DNA of 64,000 bases from a virus (Duplodnaviria > Caudoviricetes). Position 1 is the stretch's first letter, and each line of letters begins with the position of its first letter. A program made the position numbers and the translations under genes. The DNA is taken from IMG/VR virus record IMGVR_UViG_3300028805_003982. The stretch is one strand, 5' to 3'. This document shows, one piece after another, positions 41,459 to 49,343 of the stretch. Below the pieces are notes generated by a model, which was not told the origin of the DNA, did not search any database, and worked only from the letters and a program-made list of their open reading frames with translations.

Positions 41459-41875
41459 ATGTTAAGTCAGATATATCTCAAGTTCAAGATAACAGGATCA
41501 GCAAACGATATCATATCCTTTAATCCCGAGTGTTTCTGTTTTAGTGACGGTGTCCCTTTCAGCTTCGGTTTCAACCATTGTGAGTTCGGCTATAATGCTG
41601 CCGATGATGTTTTGGATGTTCACATGTGGGGGCTTGATACAGCAACTTTCCCGTCTTCCGTAAACGATATAACGCCTATGAGGATCGTTAATACCGAGAG
41701 TATAGAGGCGATCAACGTTTCTGTTGTATCCGACAGCCCTCTTACGGAAGCCGTGCTTGATGCAGCCTTTTGCGTGTTTGATAACGGCGGTGTTTGGGCG
41801 GTTCCTTTTGATGTCTTTATGAATGATGACGTGAGGGCGGTCTTGATCGAGCCGTCGCAGGAGCTTGCGATCTAG
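41459..41875 (+). CDS. Hypothetical protein
   Basis: 138 aa ORF. Confidence 0.65.
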   Translation: MLSQIYLKFKITGSANDIISFNPECFCFSDGVPFSFGFNHCEFGYNAADDVLDVHMWGLDTATFPSSVNDITPMRIVNTESIEAINVSVVSDSPLTEAVLDAAFCVFDNGGVWAVPFDVFMNDDVRAVLIEPSQELAI

Positions 41876-42605
41876 GAGGTTTTCCTTGCGGAAATTAGAT
41901 AAGTATAAATATAAGAACAACGTCTTCGCGGCTTGCGGAGTATGTCTTATCTTTGTCAGCACGGTCATGACCGTGTCGCCTAACGCGGCAGCAGTTGACG
42001 GATTTGAATACTACGATTCTTTCAGCAAGAGCCTGAAGCGTAAGATTATTGAAGTTCCTTCCATCATTTTAAACCGGCCTATGCCGGGTCCCGTAACGGA
42101 AGATATGGGCCTGGTCTTTGATGATTCTGCAATGAAAAGGTCGGTATCAGCCGATAATGGCAGAGAACTGATCAAACTCGAAAATGCTGAAGAACATGAG
42201 CAGGAACTTAAAAGTGTTCTTACTTCGGTTAAGCAGCAGATGCACCGGGCTAACAATCCTTACTGGTATATGGAAGAACCGGTAGTATATCCGGGTTCCG
42301 GACATCTTACGCGTACCAGGGGCGTCTATAAGGGTCCTTCCGGCAGAGAAACGTATTACAACCTGGAAATGCGCGAGGTCGTTGCCAGGATGCGTCGTAT
42401 GGGGTTTTCCGAAAAGGAATACCCGTACTGGGTAAGATCGGACGGGGTTAAGATGCTGGGCAGGTATGTTATGGTTGCAGCCAACCTGAAGATAAGGCCG
42501 AGGGGTTCAACACTGATGTGTTCTCTCGGTGAGGCGCTTGTATGCGATACCGGCGGATTTGTTAAGCATTATCCAAAAGGTCTTGATATCGCGGTTGATT
42601 GGTAA
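41865..42605 (+). CDS. Membrane-anchored/exported protein with C-terminal 3D/DPBB-like (lytic transglycosylase-like) domain
   Basis: N-terminal hydrophobic helix; ETYYN, VMVAA..RPRGS..SLG..VCDTGG..DIAVDW. Confidence 0.6.
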   Translation: MRSRRFSLRKLDKYKYKNNVFAACGVCLIFVSTVMTVSPNAAAVDGFEYYDSFSKSLKRKIIEVPSIILNRPMPGPVTEDMGLVFDDSAMKRSVSADNGRELIKLENAEEHEQELKSVLTSVKQQMHRANNPYWYMEEPVVYPGSGHLTRTRGVYKGPSGRETYYNLEMREVVARMRRMGFSEKEYPYWVRSDGVKMLGRYVMVAANLKIRPRGSTLMCSLGEALVCDTGGFVKHYPKGLDIAVDW

Positions 42606-42684
42606 CCGTCTGCGGATCATCGGCAACAGTTGGCTGGATAAGTTAGAAGCGGAAAACAGCAATCGAATTCGGAGGTAAAAACGC

Positions 42685-43077
42685 ATGATTATTGACGAGT
42701 CTTTGTTAACACTCTTGGCAATCCTTGGTATCGCAATTATTCCCGCAATTATGGGAGTAGTTGGGTTGGTTAATCTATACGATAACCTCTCTATATATAA
42801 TGCCAAAGAAAATGTTGCTACTGTTTTGTGGGGGCTACTGATTGTCTGCGGGTTCTTTTTATGTGTTTTGTCATTCGCAAATTTCCATTGCGAAGAATTC
42901 CGTACAGATAAATATGATCTCGGTCGTATGGCTGTTGATTTTAAGATATCTCCGGAACCGACAAACGGAAGAGAACATATTACACATATGACCTTTTACA
43001 ATTTAGAATCTTGGTCATACTACGTCAAAGAGTACGATCCGGCTATGTCGGAATACCTTTTGGAGAACGAATCATGA
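42685..43077 (+). CDS. Membrane protein
   Basis: Two TM segments; RBS GGAGG. Confidence 0.65.
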   Translation: MIIDESLLTLLAILGIAIIPAIMGVVGLVNLYDNLSIYNAKENVATVLWGLLIVCGFFLCVLSFANFHCEEFRTDKYDLGRMAVDFKISPEPTNGREHITHMTFYNLESWSYYVKEYDPAMSEYLLENES

Positions 43078-43220
43078 AGGTTTTCCGCAAGACACGGGTA
43101 GTAGAGAAAACTGAGTTGATCCGAAAGATGGAAAGCAATCCATAAAATATTTTTCCTAAAACGACGGTTTTGGGGCCGCGTTTTCAAAATACCGATGTTA
43201 TACTAATGGTATACCAACGT

Positions 43221-43400
43221 CAACGACATTAAGTTAAGGGGTTGAGTAGCTCGACGAGGCGTAAGAGTTGCGGATAAGATGCTCCTAATAATAGCCGGAA
43301 TTGCTGTTTGAACCAGCCTTTGTAAGTTGCATCACTGATAAGCTCCGGCATCGCTGCAAGGTTCGAATCCTTGTCTTGACCCTTTAGCTTAATGACATTG
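43221..43400. mobile_element. MITE of the same TIR family (180 bp) enclosing a tRNA-like RNA
   Basis: CAACGACATTAAGTTAAG (43221-43238) and TTTAGCTTAATGACATTG (43383-43400); flanks ATACCAACGT / ATACCCACAT (8/10, decayed TSD). Confidence 0.7.
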
Positions 43401-43428
43401 ATACCCACATAAAACAGGAGACAATCAG

Positions 43429-44733
43429 GTGAAGAAGAGCCGTTTAAAGAAGGGTTATACGAAAAAGGGTTATGTGTTCAGACTGTACCCTGACGATTCA
43501 CAAAAACATTTCATCAAGCGGTGCTGCAACGCAGCTGCCATTGTGTATAACATAGCTCTTCAAAACGATAAAGAAAAGCGAAAGAAGGCCCGCGAAGAAG
43601 GCGCAAAATACAGGTATAGCGCATTTGATGCGGCTAAAGAGATCAGGGTGCTGAAAGACACTCCTGATGAAAACGGGAACTTCCCTTATGGTTGGTTCAA
43701 CGAATTAGACAGCCGTTTGTTCGGTTTCGCGGCAGCTGATCTTGAATTTGCGTGGGATCGTTATTATGCGAATAAAAAAGAGCACGGATTTGATCGTAAG
43801 CATCCGAATAAATATAAACCCAAATTTAAAGATATTAAGTCTTGTGAAAAATCATACTCGACCAATAGTCATATTAAAATCATTGACGGTCAGTATATCC
43901 AGCTTCCCAAGATGAGTCCGATACGCATGATCATGCATCGTCCGTTGCCTGAGGGGGCTGCCATTACCAAGGTGACAGTATCCATTACTAAGTCCGGAGA
44001 GTATTATGCGTCGATCTCATTAACGCTGCCTGAACAGATCCTGCCTAATGACGGTGGAATGGTCGGTGTTGATGTGGGTATCAAGGAATACTATTGTGAC
44101 AGTAATGGAAACCAAGTCGATAATCCTAAGTTTTTAGCAAAAGCTGATAAGATAATGCGCCGCAGACAGAGAATGCTTTCCCGTAAAGAAAGGCTGCATA
44201 TTATCGGGTACACCTGTAAAAAGGGTGACTTGTCTGATATGGTGCCGAAGCAGGATAAGAAACATAAGTATCCGGTATATGATAGGCCTCTTGAAGAATG
44301 CAGGAACTATCAGAAGGATAAGCAGAAGGTTGCGAAGACACATGCAAAAGTGACCAGACAGCGTGCTTATTTCCAGGATATCGAAAGCCTTAAACTTGCA
44401 AAGGAAAACCAGTTGGTCTGTATGGAACATTTAAGAATACAGAATATGCAGAAGAATCATAAGCTGGCAGGAGCTATCTCAGACGCGGCATGGTACCAGT
44501 TTAAATCCAAGGTGGAATATAAGGTTAAAGAGCATGGCGGAGTACTTGTGTCGATCCCTACTTTTTATCCTTCTTCTCAAACCTGTTCTGAGTGCGGGTA
44601 CCGTAATCCGCTGGTTAAGAACCTGAGTGTTCGTAAATGGACATGTCCTACGTGCGGTACAAAGCACGATCGCGACATAAACGCCGGGAAGAATATCCTG
44701 GCAAAGGGTTTGGAAATGCTTGAGGGCGCGTAA
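43429..44733 (+). CDS. tnpB: TnpB-like RNA-guided RuvC endonuclease associated with CRISPR mini-arrays (candidate type V / TranC-like effector)
   Basis: GYVFRLYP HTH start; RuvC-I VGVDVGIKE, RuvC-II CMEHL, SSQTCSECG/CPTCG zinc finger, RuvC-III HDRDINAGKNI; GTG start after AGGAG. Confidence 0.92.
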   Translation: MKKSRLKKGYTKKGYVFRLYPDDSQKHFIKRCCNAAAIVYNIALQNDKEKRKKAREEGAKYRYSAFDAAKEIRVLKDTPDENGNFPYGWFNELDSRLFGFAAADLEFAWDRYYANKKEHGFDRKHPNKYKPKFKDIKSCEKSYSTNSHIKIIDGQYIQLPKMSPIRMIMHRPLPEGAAITKVTVSITKSGEYYASISLTLPEQILPNDGGMVGVDVGIKEYYCDSNGNQVDNPKFLAKADKIMRRRQRMLSRKERLHIIGYTCKKGDLSDMVPKQDKKHKYPVYDRPLEECRNYQKDKQKVAKTHAKVTRQRAYFQDIESLKLAKENQLVCMEHLRIQNMQKNHKLAGAISDAAWYQFKSKVEYKVKEHGGVLVSIPTFYPSSQTCSECGYRNPLVKNLSVRKWTCPTCGTKHDRDINAGKNILAKGLEMLEGA

Positions 44734-44778
44734 CCCGGGCATTTATCACAAACCATTGAAACTTGAAAATCAAATAAC

Positions 44779-44930
44779 AGTGTAGGGAGGTTGGCCCCCG
44801 AACACTATAAAAGAACTCAAACCTTAACGGTTTGAAAAACGCTTGCGGAGACTCTAACATTGTAGCCGTACACCAAGGGCAGTGCCCGTACGGAGCGAGG
44901 TAGTCGATGAAACAAGAATCTATGTGTAAA
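44779..44930 (+). ncRNA. omegaRNA/tracrRNA-like scaffold, copy 1
   Basis: GTAGGG..CCCGAA..ACGCTTG.GGAGA..GTCGATGAAACAAGAATC layout resembles IS605 TnpB reRNA; stems covary with copy 2; 3' TGTGTAAA pairs with array A repeat. Confidence 0.8.
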
Positions 44931-44938
44931 TAATTGAC

Positions 44939-45039
44939 GGTTCAGACCTATTTGGTTTTGCACAGTTGTCAAACAAACGCGAGGTAAATCTTAAGTTCTT
45001 TAGGGTTCAGACCTGTTTGGTTTTGTAAAGTTGTCGAAC
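44939..45039 (+). CRISPR. CRISPR mini-array A: 2 repeats (36 nt), 1 spacer (29 nt)
   Basis: GGTTCAGACCTATTTGGTTTTGCACAGTTGTCAAAC (44939-44974) and a variant at 45004-45039; spacer 44975-45003. Confidence 0.8.
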
Positions 45040-45085
45040 AAACCACTGTTAATAAAATACGAAACTTGATAATTGAATAACGATC

Positions 45086-45220
45086 AGAGTAGGGAGGTTG
45101 GCCCCCGAACTCTTTAAAAGAAAACGCCTGCAGAGATTCTAACATTGCAGCTATACATCATGGACTTTGTCTGTATAGAGCGAGGTAGTCGATGAAGCAG
45201 GAATCAAGTGTAAACCAAAC
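45086..45220 (+). ncRNA. omegaRNA/tracrRNA-like scaffold, copy 2
   Basis: Paralog of 44779-44930 with compensatory changes; 3' AGTGTAAA complementary to array B repeat TTTACACT. Confidence 0.8.
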
Positions 45221-45227
45221 CGTTGAG

Positions 45228-45461
45228 GTTTGAGAACATCATGTTTTTACACTGTTGTCAAACAGAGTGATTGCGTTCTTGATTTCTTCAGCAGTTTGAG
45301 AACATCATGTTTTTACACTGTTGTCAAACCTCTCCTGAACTTCGCGTGTCTCGGCCTGAGTTTGAGAACATCATGTTTTTACACTGTTGTCAAACCTGTG
45401 CCGCTTACCGCCCAGCCAGCAAGTTGTTTGAGAACATTATGTTTTTACACTGTTATCAAAC
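45228..45461 (+). CRISPR. CRISPR mini-array B: 4 repeats (36 nt), 3 spacers (30 nt)
   Basis: GTTTGAGAACATCATGTTTTTACACTGTTGTCAAAC at 45228, 45294, 45360 and a degenerate copy (2 mismatches) at 45426; three unique 30-nt spacers. Confidence 0.96.
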
Positions 45462-45534
45462 AAACCGTGTTATAATAATTAAGTAGGTAACCAACAAGGA
45501 TACCTACAAAAGAACCTTGATAATTATCATATAT

Positions 45535-45707
45535 CCTCCGCGCTAGTGCATTGTTTATGCTTAAACTCAGTTTGTTAGACTGTATTATCCCCTTTCAATT
45601 CTATTGCAAAGCGTTTATTACTAATATCATAGTGGTTTACATTGTTTTGTATTTAATTGATCTATCTTGCGTAAACAAGCCCGGTGCGATTCCGGGGCGG
45701 AGGACCA
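45535..45707 (+). ncRNA. tRNA-like RNA with about 105-nt insert in place of the anticodon arm
   Basis: Acceptor CCTCCGC/GCGGAGG + A-CCA, T-arm CCCGG-TGCGATT-CCGGG, 10-bp inner stem TTGTTTATGC/GCGTAAACAA. Confidence 0.6.
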
Positions 45708-45894
45708 TTGGGGTTACAGCTCTTGCCATAAGTTGTAAGTCTCCAGTTTTATGTTGTTGTTGTGTAATTCTTTAGTTTCTTTTTACGATCCTCTTGCCAT
45801 GGGATTGTGCCTTCTAAATAATAGGGAATACCGCCTAAAGGATTATTACGTAACCAATCGTACCCTTTGCGCCGGGGATAGAGGCGTTTTGATA

Positions 45895-45969
45895 CGCAGG
45901 GATGTGCAGCGGATGCATAACGGGCCCATAACCCGAAGGCGGCAGGTTCGACTCCTGCTCCTGCAACCA
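45895..45969 (+). tRNA. tRNA-fMet(CAT)
   Basis: C1:A72 mismatch, GGG/CCC anticodon stem, CCA. Confidence 0.85.
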
Positions 45970-45976
45970 GATGCAT

Positions 45977-46052
45977 GGGTCAGAAGGCACAATGGGGTGC
46001 CGCGTGCCTTGCAAGCATGAAATGGCGGGTTCGATTCCCGTGTGATCCACCA
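45977..46052 (+). tRNA. tRNA-Ala(TGC)
   Basis: Cloverleaf, G3:U70, CCA. Confidence 0.85.
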
Positions 46053-46182
46053 AGGAAGTGAGGATCAAAGTGTGCAACAAACCGTAAGGGTTTATAGGAA
46101 GGTGGCTTGTCCTTATAGACGTGAGATCTTCCGACTTAGCAGTTCTGATGCCGTTCGCGGCGGTGCACACGCTGCCAAATCC

Positions 46183-46258
46183 ACCCGTATAGCTCAGCCG
46201 GGAGAGCGCCTGCCTTACAAGCAGGATGTCGGGGGTTCGAACCCCTCTGCGGGTACCA
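46183..46258 (+). tRNA. tRNA-Val(TAC)
   Basis: Cloverleaf, CCA. Confidence 0.92.
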
Positions 46259-46448
46259 GATGCATCATACGGAAGGTTTCGTCACCCGTATGTAAAAACC
46301 TGAGGGTAAGGTCCTAAGTGAAACGAAACCGCTTAGGAATAGCGCAGGACAGTTAGCCCAGGTGTGGCCTATTCTCCGCGGAGATATAAAGCCCGTGCTT
46401 ATAGATTCCGCTGCGCATTTAATAATACAGAAATAAGGAGCATTCATT

Positions 46449-46757
46449 ATGTATTGCAAGCAATTCCAAGATATCATCGATTGCATAGGCATTGATGAAC
46501 CCTTTTATGTCATAAACGGAATGTATGAAGCACGTCTTATGGAAACCCGTGAAGGTGATATCCGCCTTGACATGTATGTCGTACTTGAGAAGCAACAAAA
46601 TGAAGTCATATCACGCGTAGTCAACCCATCTGATACATGTGATCTTGATATTGAACCTATGAAGAAAACGCAAAGACGGAGTTATTTCAATCAGTGGAAG
46701 CATCCGAATGAAAGACATGGCTTTTCTGAAGATACTTCTTCAAATATTTCTTTATAA
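46449..46757 (+). CDS. Hypothetical protein
   Basis: 102 aa, RBS AAGGAG. Confidence 0.6.
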   Translation: MYCKQFQDIIDCIGIDEPFYVINGMYEARLMETREGDIRLDMYVVLEKQQNEVISRVVNPSDTCDLDIEPMKKTQRRSYFNQWKHPNERHGFSEDTSSNISL

Positions 46758-46812
46758 GTCTTATTCAAACGTCTTTAAGTATTTCCAAAACACATGATAG
46801 GAGAAGACTGAA

Positions 46813-47145
46813 ATGAATGAAGTTTTGAGTTATGATCAGTTAACCGACGAAGCGTTAGATCTGGATTCTTTTGATAACTTTCTGGTTAAGGACAAGAAGC
46901 GTATTGCCAGACGCCGGAAGAACATTACAAAGGCTCTCCGTAAGCGTTCGATCACTCGTCAATATGGTGTTTATGACGGCACTGACTGGTACAACAATCT
47001 GCACCAGTACAGCAAGAATAAGATACATTGTTCCTGCCAGATGTGTGCTTTCAATAACAAGAGGGCTCGTCGTAAGGAGTATACCTTGAGTGACCTCAAA
47101 AAGCTCGAATATGTAAGGTCACAGTTGGACGACTGGGCTTGTTAA
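46813..47145 (+). CDS. Basic hypothetical protein with HCSCxxC motif
   Basis: 110 aa, YSKNKIHCSCQMC. Confidence 0.7.
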   Translation: MNEVLSYDQLTDEALDLDSFDNFLVKDKKRIARRRKNITKALRKRSITRQYGVYDGTDWYNNLHQYSKNKIHCSCQMCAFNNKRARRKEYTLSDLKKLEYVRSQLDDWAC

Positions 47146-47187
47146 CAAATAACGTTTGGAGAATGCCGCTGTCGGAGGGTTTTAAAC

Positions 47188-47685
47188 ATGAAGAACCGTA
47201 ATGTTAATAAGTACAATCGTGGCCTTCTTTCAGTAAGAAGATTAAAGCCGAATGATGATGCTGTTTGTATGCCGAATGCCAAAACAGATCATCTGAAGAT
47301 GTCCAAACGAAGAAGGGCGCAGCTTGAAAGCCAGAGAAGAAGATTCGGTTTTACTGATACCGAGACTTATGATCTGGATTATACGGCAAGTGTCTGGCTC
47401 TACATGCATCTTAAGATGTTCCTTGACGTCGGCGGGAAGATAGTTAATTTCGAATGGGAAGGGAACTGGTCTGATGAATTAAGAAAAGATCTTAAAGAAG
47501 TCGGTGTTGACGTTGAAAAATATCATAACGACAAACTCGTGTTTGAATACATCTGTACTCTGCTTGAGGAGGCGGACCGCATCTTTTGTAAAAGTTCTTC
47601 TCTTGAAGAAGACGACAAAGGACACAAGCTTCAGACCAAGGCTTTTAAGATCTTTGCGGTTATGATGCCGTACGCGTGGTGGTAA
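47188..47685 (+). CDS. Hypothetical protein
   Basis: RFGF...ETYDLDYT...WW C-terminus. Confidence 0.7.
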   Translation: MKNRNVNKYNRGLLSVRRLKPNDDAVCMPNAKTDHLKMSKRRRAQLESQRRRFGFTDTETYDLDYTASVWLYMHLKMFLDVGGKIVNFEWEGNWSDELRKDLKEVGVDVEKYHNDKLVFEYICTLLEEADRIFCKSSSLEEDDKGHKLQTKAFKIFAVMMPYAWW

Positions 47686-47686
47686 C

Positions 47687-48433
47687 ATGTCAAAATTATT
47701 TCCCAATTTCAGAAAGCCCCAAATTAAGATTCAAATGCCGGCTATTAACAGCCCTGAACTGAAACTGTTATCCAGGTTTGACCTTCATTTCATTTCGATA
47801 ACCGGGCTTAAGATCTTAGCGATCATCTCGATGCTGACAGACCATATCGGAGTAGCTCTTTTCCCGGATGTGCAGCTTTTAAGGATTATAGGCAGGATCG
47901 CGATGCCCTTATTTGCATTCTGCATTGCCGAAGGGTATATCCATACCCGGAACAAGCTGCATTATCTGGCCAGGCTCTGCATCTTTGCAGCCATAAGCGA
48001 GGTGCCTTATGATCTGATGAACTACGGACATATCGAGTTTGAAAACCAAAATATACTGTTTACTTTTGCCATTGCCGTATTAACCTTGGTAACGTTCGAG
48101 GCTCTTCGTAAAGAGAAGAGGGAAAACAGGATCATCTTTACCTTCCTGGTTTCGTTCCTCGCGTTCGGGATTGGGGGAGAATATCATGTGCTGGCAGTAG
48201 GACTTGTCTTTATATTCTACATGCTCCAAGCATATTCAACTGTCTTCAAAACCTTCGCGGGTATCTTTTATTCCTTTTTCTTTTTTGATTCAAGCATATA
48301 CGGATTTTCGCTGCTGGGCTTTGTGCCGATCCTGTTTTATAACGGTAAAAGAGGGAAGGGGCTGAAATGGTTGTTCTACATTTTTTATCCGGCTCACATG
48401 CTGATCTTATACCTTTTAAGTATCTTCTTTTGA
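47687..48433 (+). CDS. TraX-family membrane protein
   Basis: LKILAIISMLTDHIG, GRIAMPLFAFCIAEGYIHT, QNILFT, YNGKRG...FYIFYPAHM. Confidence 0.85.
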   Translation: MSKLFPNFRKPQIKIQMPAINSPELKLLSRFDLHFISITGLKILAIISMLTDHIGVALFPDVQLLRIIGRIAMPLFAFCIAEGYIHTRNKLHYLARLCIFAAISEVPYDLMNYGHIEFENQNILFTFAIAVLTLVTFEALRKEKRENRIIFTFLVSFLAFGIGGEYHVLAVGLVFIFYMLQAYSTVFKTFAGIFYSFFFFDSSIYGFSLLGFVPILFYNGKRGKGLKWLFYIFYPAHMLILYLLSIFF

Positions 48434-48655
48434 AATTTAGGTAACAAATCTAAATTTTTATGTTATAATGCAATTGATGAAATAGAAAAGGAGAAGATGC
48501 ATGAGACACTTTGTATCGCAGTCAAGTTCATTGCAGCGCTGTCAAACCGGCAGTTCTGTATTGCCGCGGTCACGGTGATCTTCTCCTTGTCTTCATTACT
48601 GCTTTCTTTTAATGAGTGAGGGTCGTCATTGTGATGACCCTTTCAGTTTTTATAC

Positions 48656-48741
48656 GCCGTGTGTCCGGGATGGTGAGGAGGGCGCCTTGAAAGCGTTTGA
48701 CCGGGAACGGTTTGCAGGTTCGAATCCTGTGCACGGCGCCA
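48656..48741 (+). tRNA. tRNA-Ser(TGA)
   Basis: Cloverleaf with long variable arm, G-CCA. Confidence 0.9.
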
Positions 48742-48745
48742 AAAC

Positions 48746-48838
48746 GATCATGTAAGCCTAACTGGTAAGGCACCCGCTTGGAAAGCGGGGAGTAACCGGG
48801 CAACCGGCGTGAAGGTTCAAGTCCTTCCGTGATCGCCA
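48746..48838 (+). tRNA. tRNA-Ser(GGA)
   Basis: Long variable arm, G-CCA. Confidence 0.9.
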
Positions 48839-48842
48839 AAAC

Positions 48843-48931
48843 GGCAGATAAATCCGGACGGCTCCGGACCCTGTTTCGAAAACAGGTGGTACTTAACAAA
48901 GTATGAGGATCGTCACCTCTGTCTGTCGCCA
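48843..48931 (+). tRNA. tRNA-Ser(CGA)
   Basis: Long variable arm; atypical T-loop ATCGTCA. Confidence 0.8.
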
Positions 48932-48936
48932 AATAT

Positions 48937-49012
48937 GCCTTCATAGCTCAGCAGGCAGAGCGCATCCATGGTAAGGATGAGGTCGCCGGTTCGATCCCGG
49001 CTGGAGGCTCCA
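48937..49012 (+). tRNA. tRNA-Thr(GGT)
   Basis: Cloverleaf, CCA. Confidence 0.92.
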
Positions 49013-49016
49013 ACAC

Positions 49017-49091
49017 AGGCCGGTGGTATAATCGGTAACACGTCGGACTCTGACTCCGAAGTTCAAGGTTCAAGTCCTTGTCGGCCTGCCA
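49017..49091 (+). tRNA. tRNA-Gln(CTG)
   Basis: Cloverleaf, CCA. Confidence 0.9.
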
Positions 49092-49096
49092 ATCAT

Positions 49097-49171
49097 GCCG
49101 AGTTAGTCTATCGGATAGAATCCCCGGCTACGAACCGGGGGAGACAGGTTCGACTCCTGTACTCGGTGCCA
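49097..49171 (+). tRNA. tRNA-Arg(ACG)
   Basis: Cloverleaf, CCA. Confidence 0.9.
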
Positions 49172-49175
49172 ATAC

Positions 49176-49249
49176 TGTCGTGTGGTGAAGCGGTATCACA
49201 TCTGACTTTGACTCAGAGATCGCAGGTTCGACCCCTGCCACGACAACCA
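49176..49249 (+). tRNA. tRNA-Gln(TTG)
   Basis: Cloverleaf, CCA. Confidence 0.9.
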
Positions 49250-49253
49250 ATAT

Positions 49254-49343
49254 GCGGATGTGGTGTAACAGGTATCACAACGGATTGCTAATCCGTCCTA
49301 CCCATTAAGGGTAGTGCACGTTCGAGTCGTGTCGTCCGCGCCA
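49254..49343 (+). tRNA. tRNA-Ser(GCT)
   Basis: Long variable arm, G-CCA. Confidence 0.9.

Noticed and set aside
39907-43400. Alternating CATTAAGTTAAG sites read as Xer/dif (pdif) sites for the recombinase
   Set aside because: No 11-6-11 dyad, and the 10-bp flanking direct repeats indicate DDE-type transposon ends instead.
43429-44940. Ordinary IS200/IS605 (IS1341-type) transposon
   Set aside because: There is no tnpA and no intact right-end hairpin + TCAA after the scaffold; the scaffold is duplicated and each copy runs into a CRISPR array.
45230-45475. 81-aa ORF with repeated LRTSCFYTVVK
   Set aside because: Translation artefact of the 66-nt CRISPR period.
45535-45760. Canonical or two-piece tmRNA (ssrA)
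   Set aside because: The acceptor stem pairs internally, lacks GGGG and G3:U70, is too short, and has no tag reading frame.
46275-46330. Hammerhead ribozyme (GTC ... GAAAC)
   Set aside because: The CTGANGA core is missing at the required position; two hairpins with complementary loops explain the sequence better.
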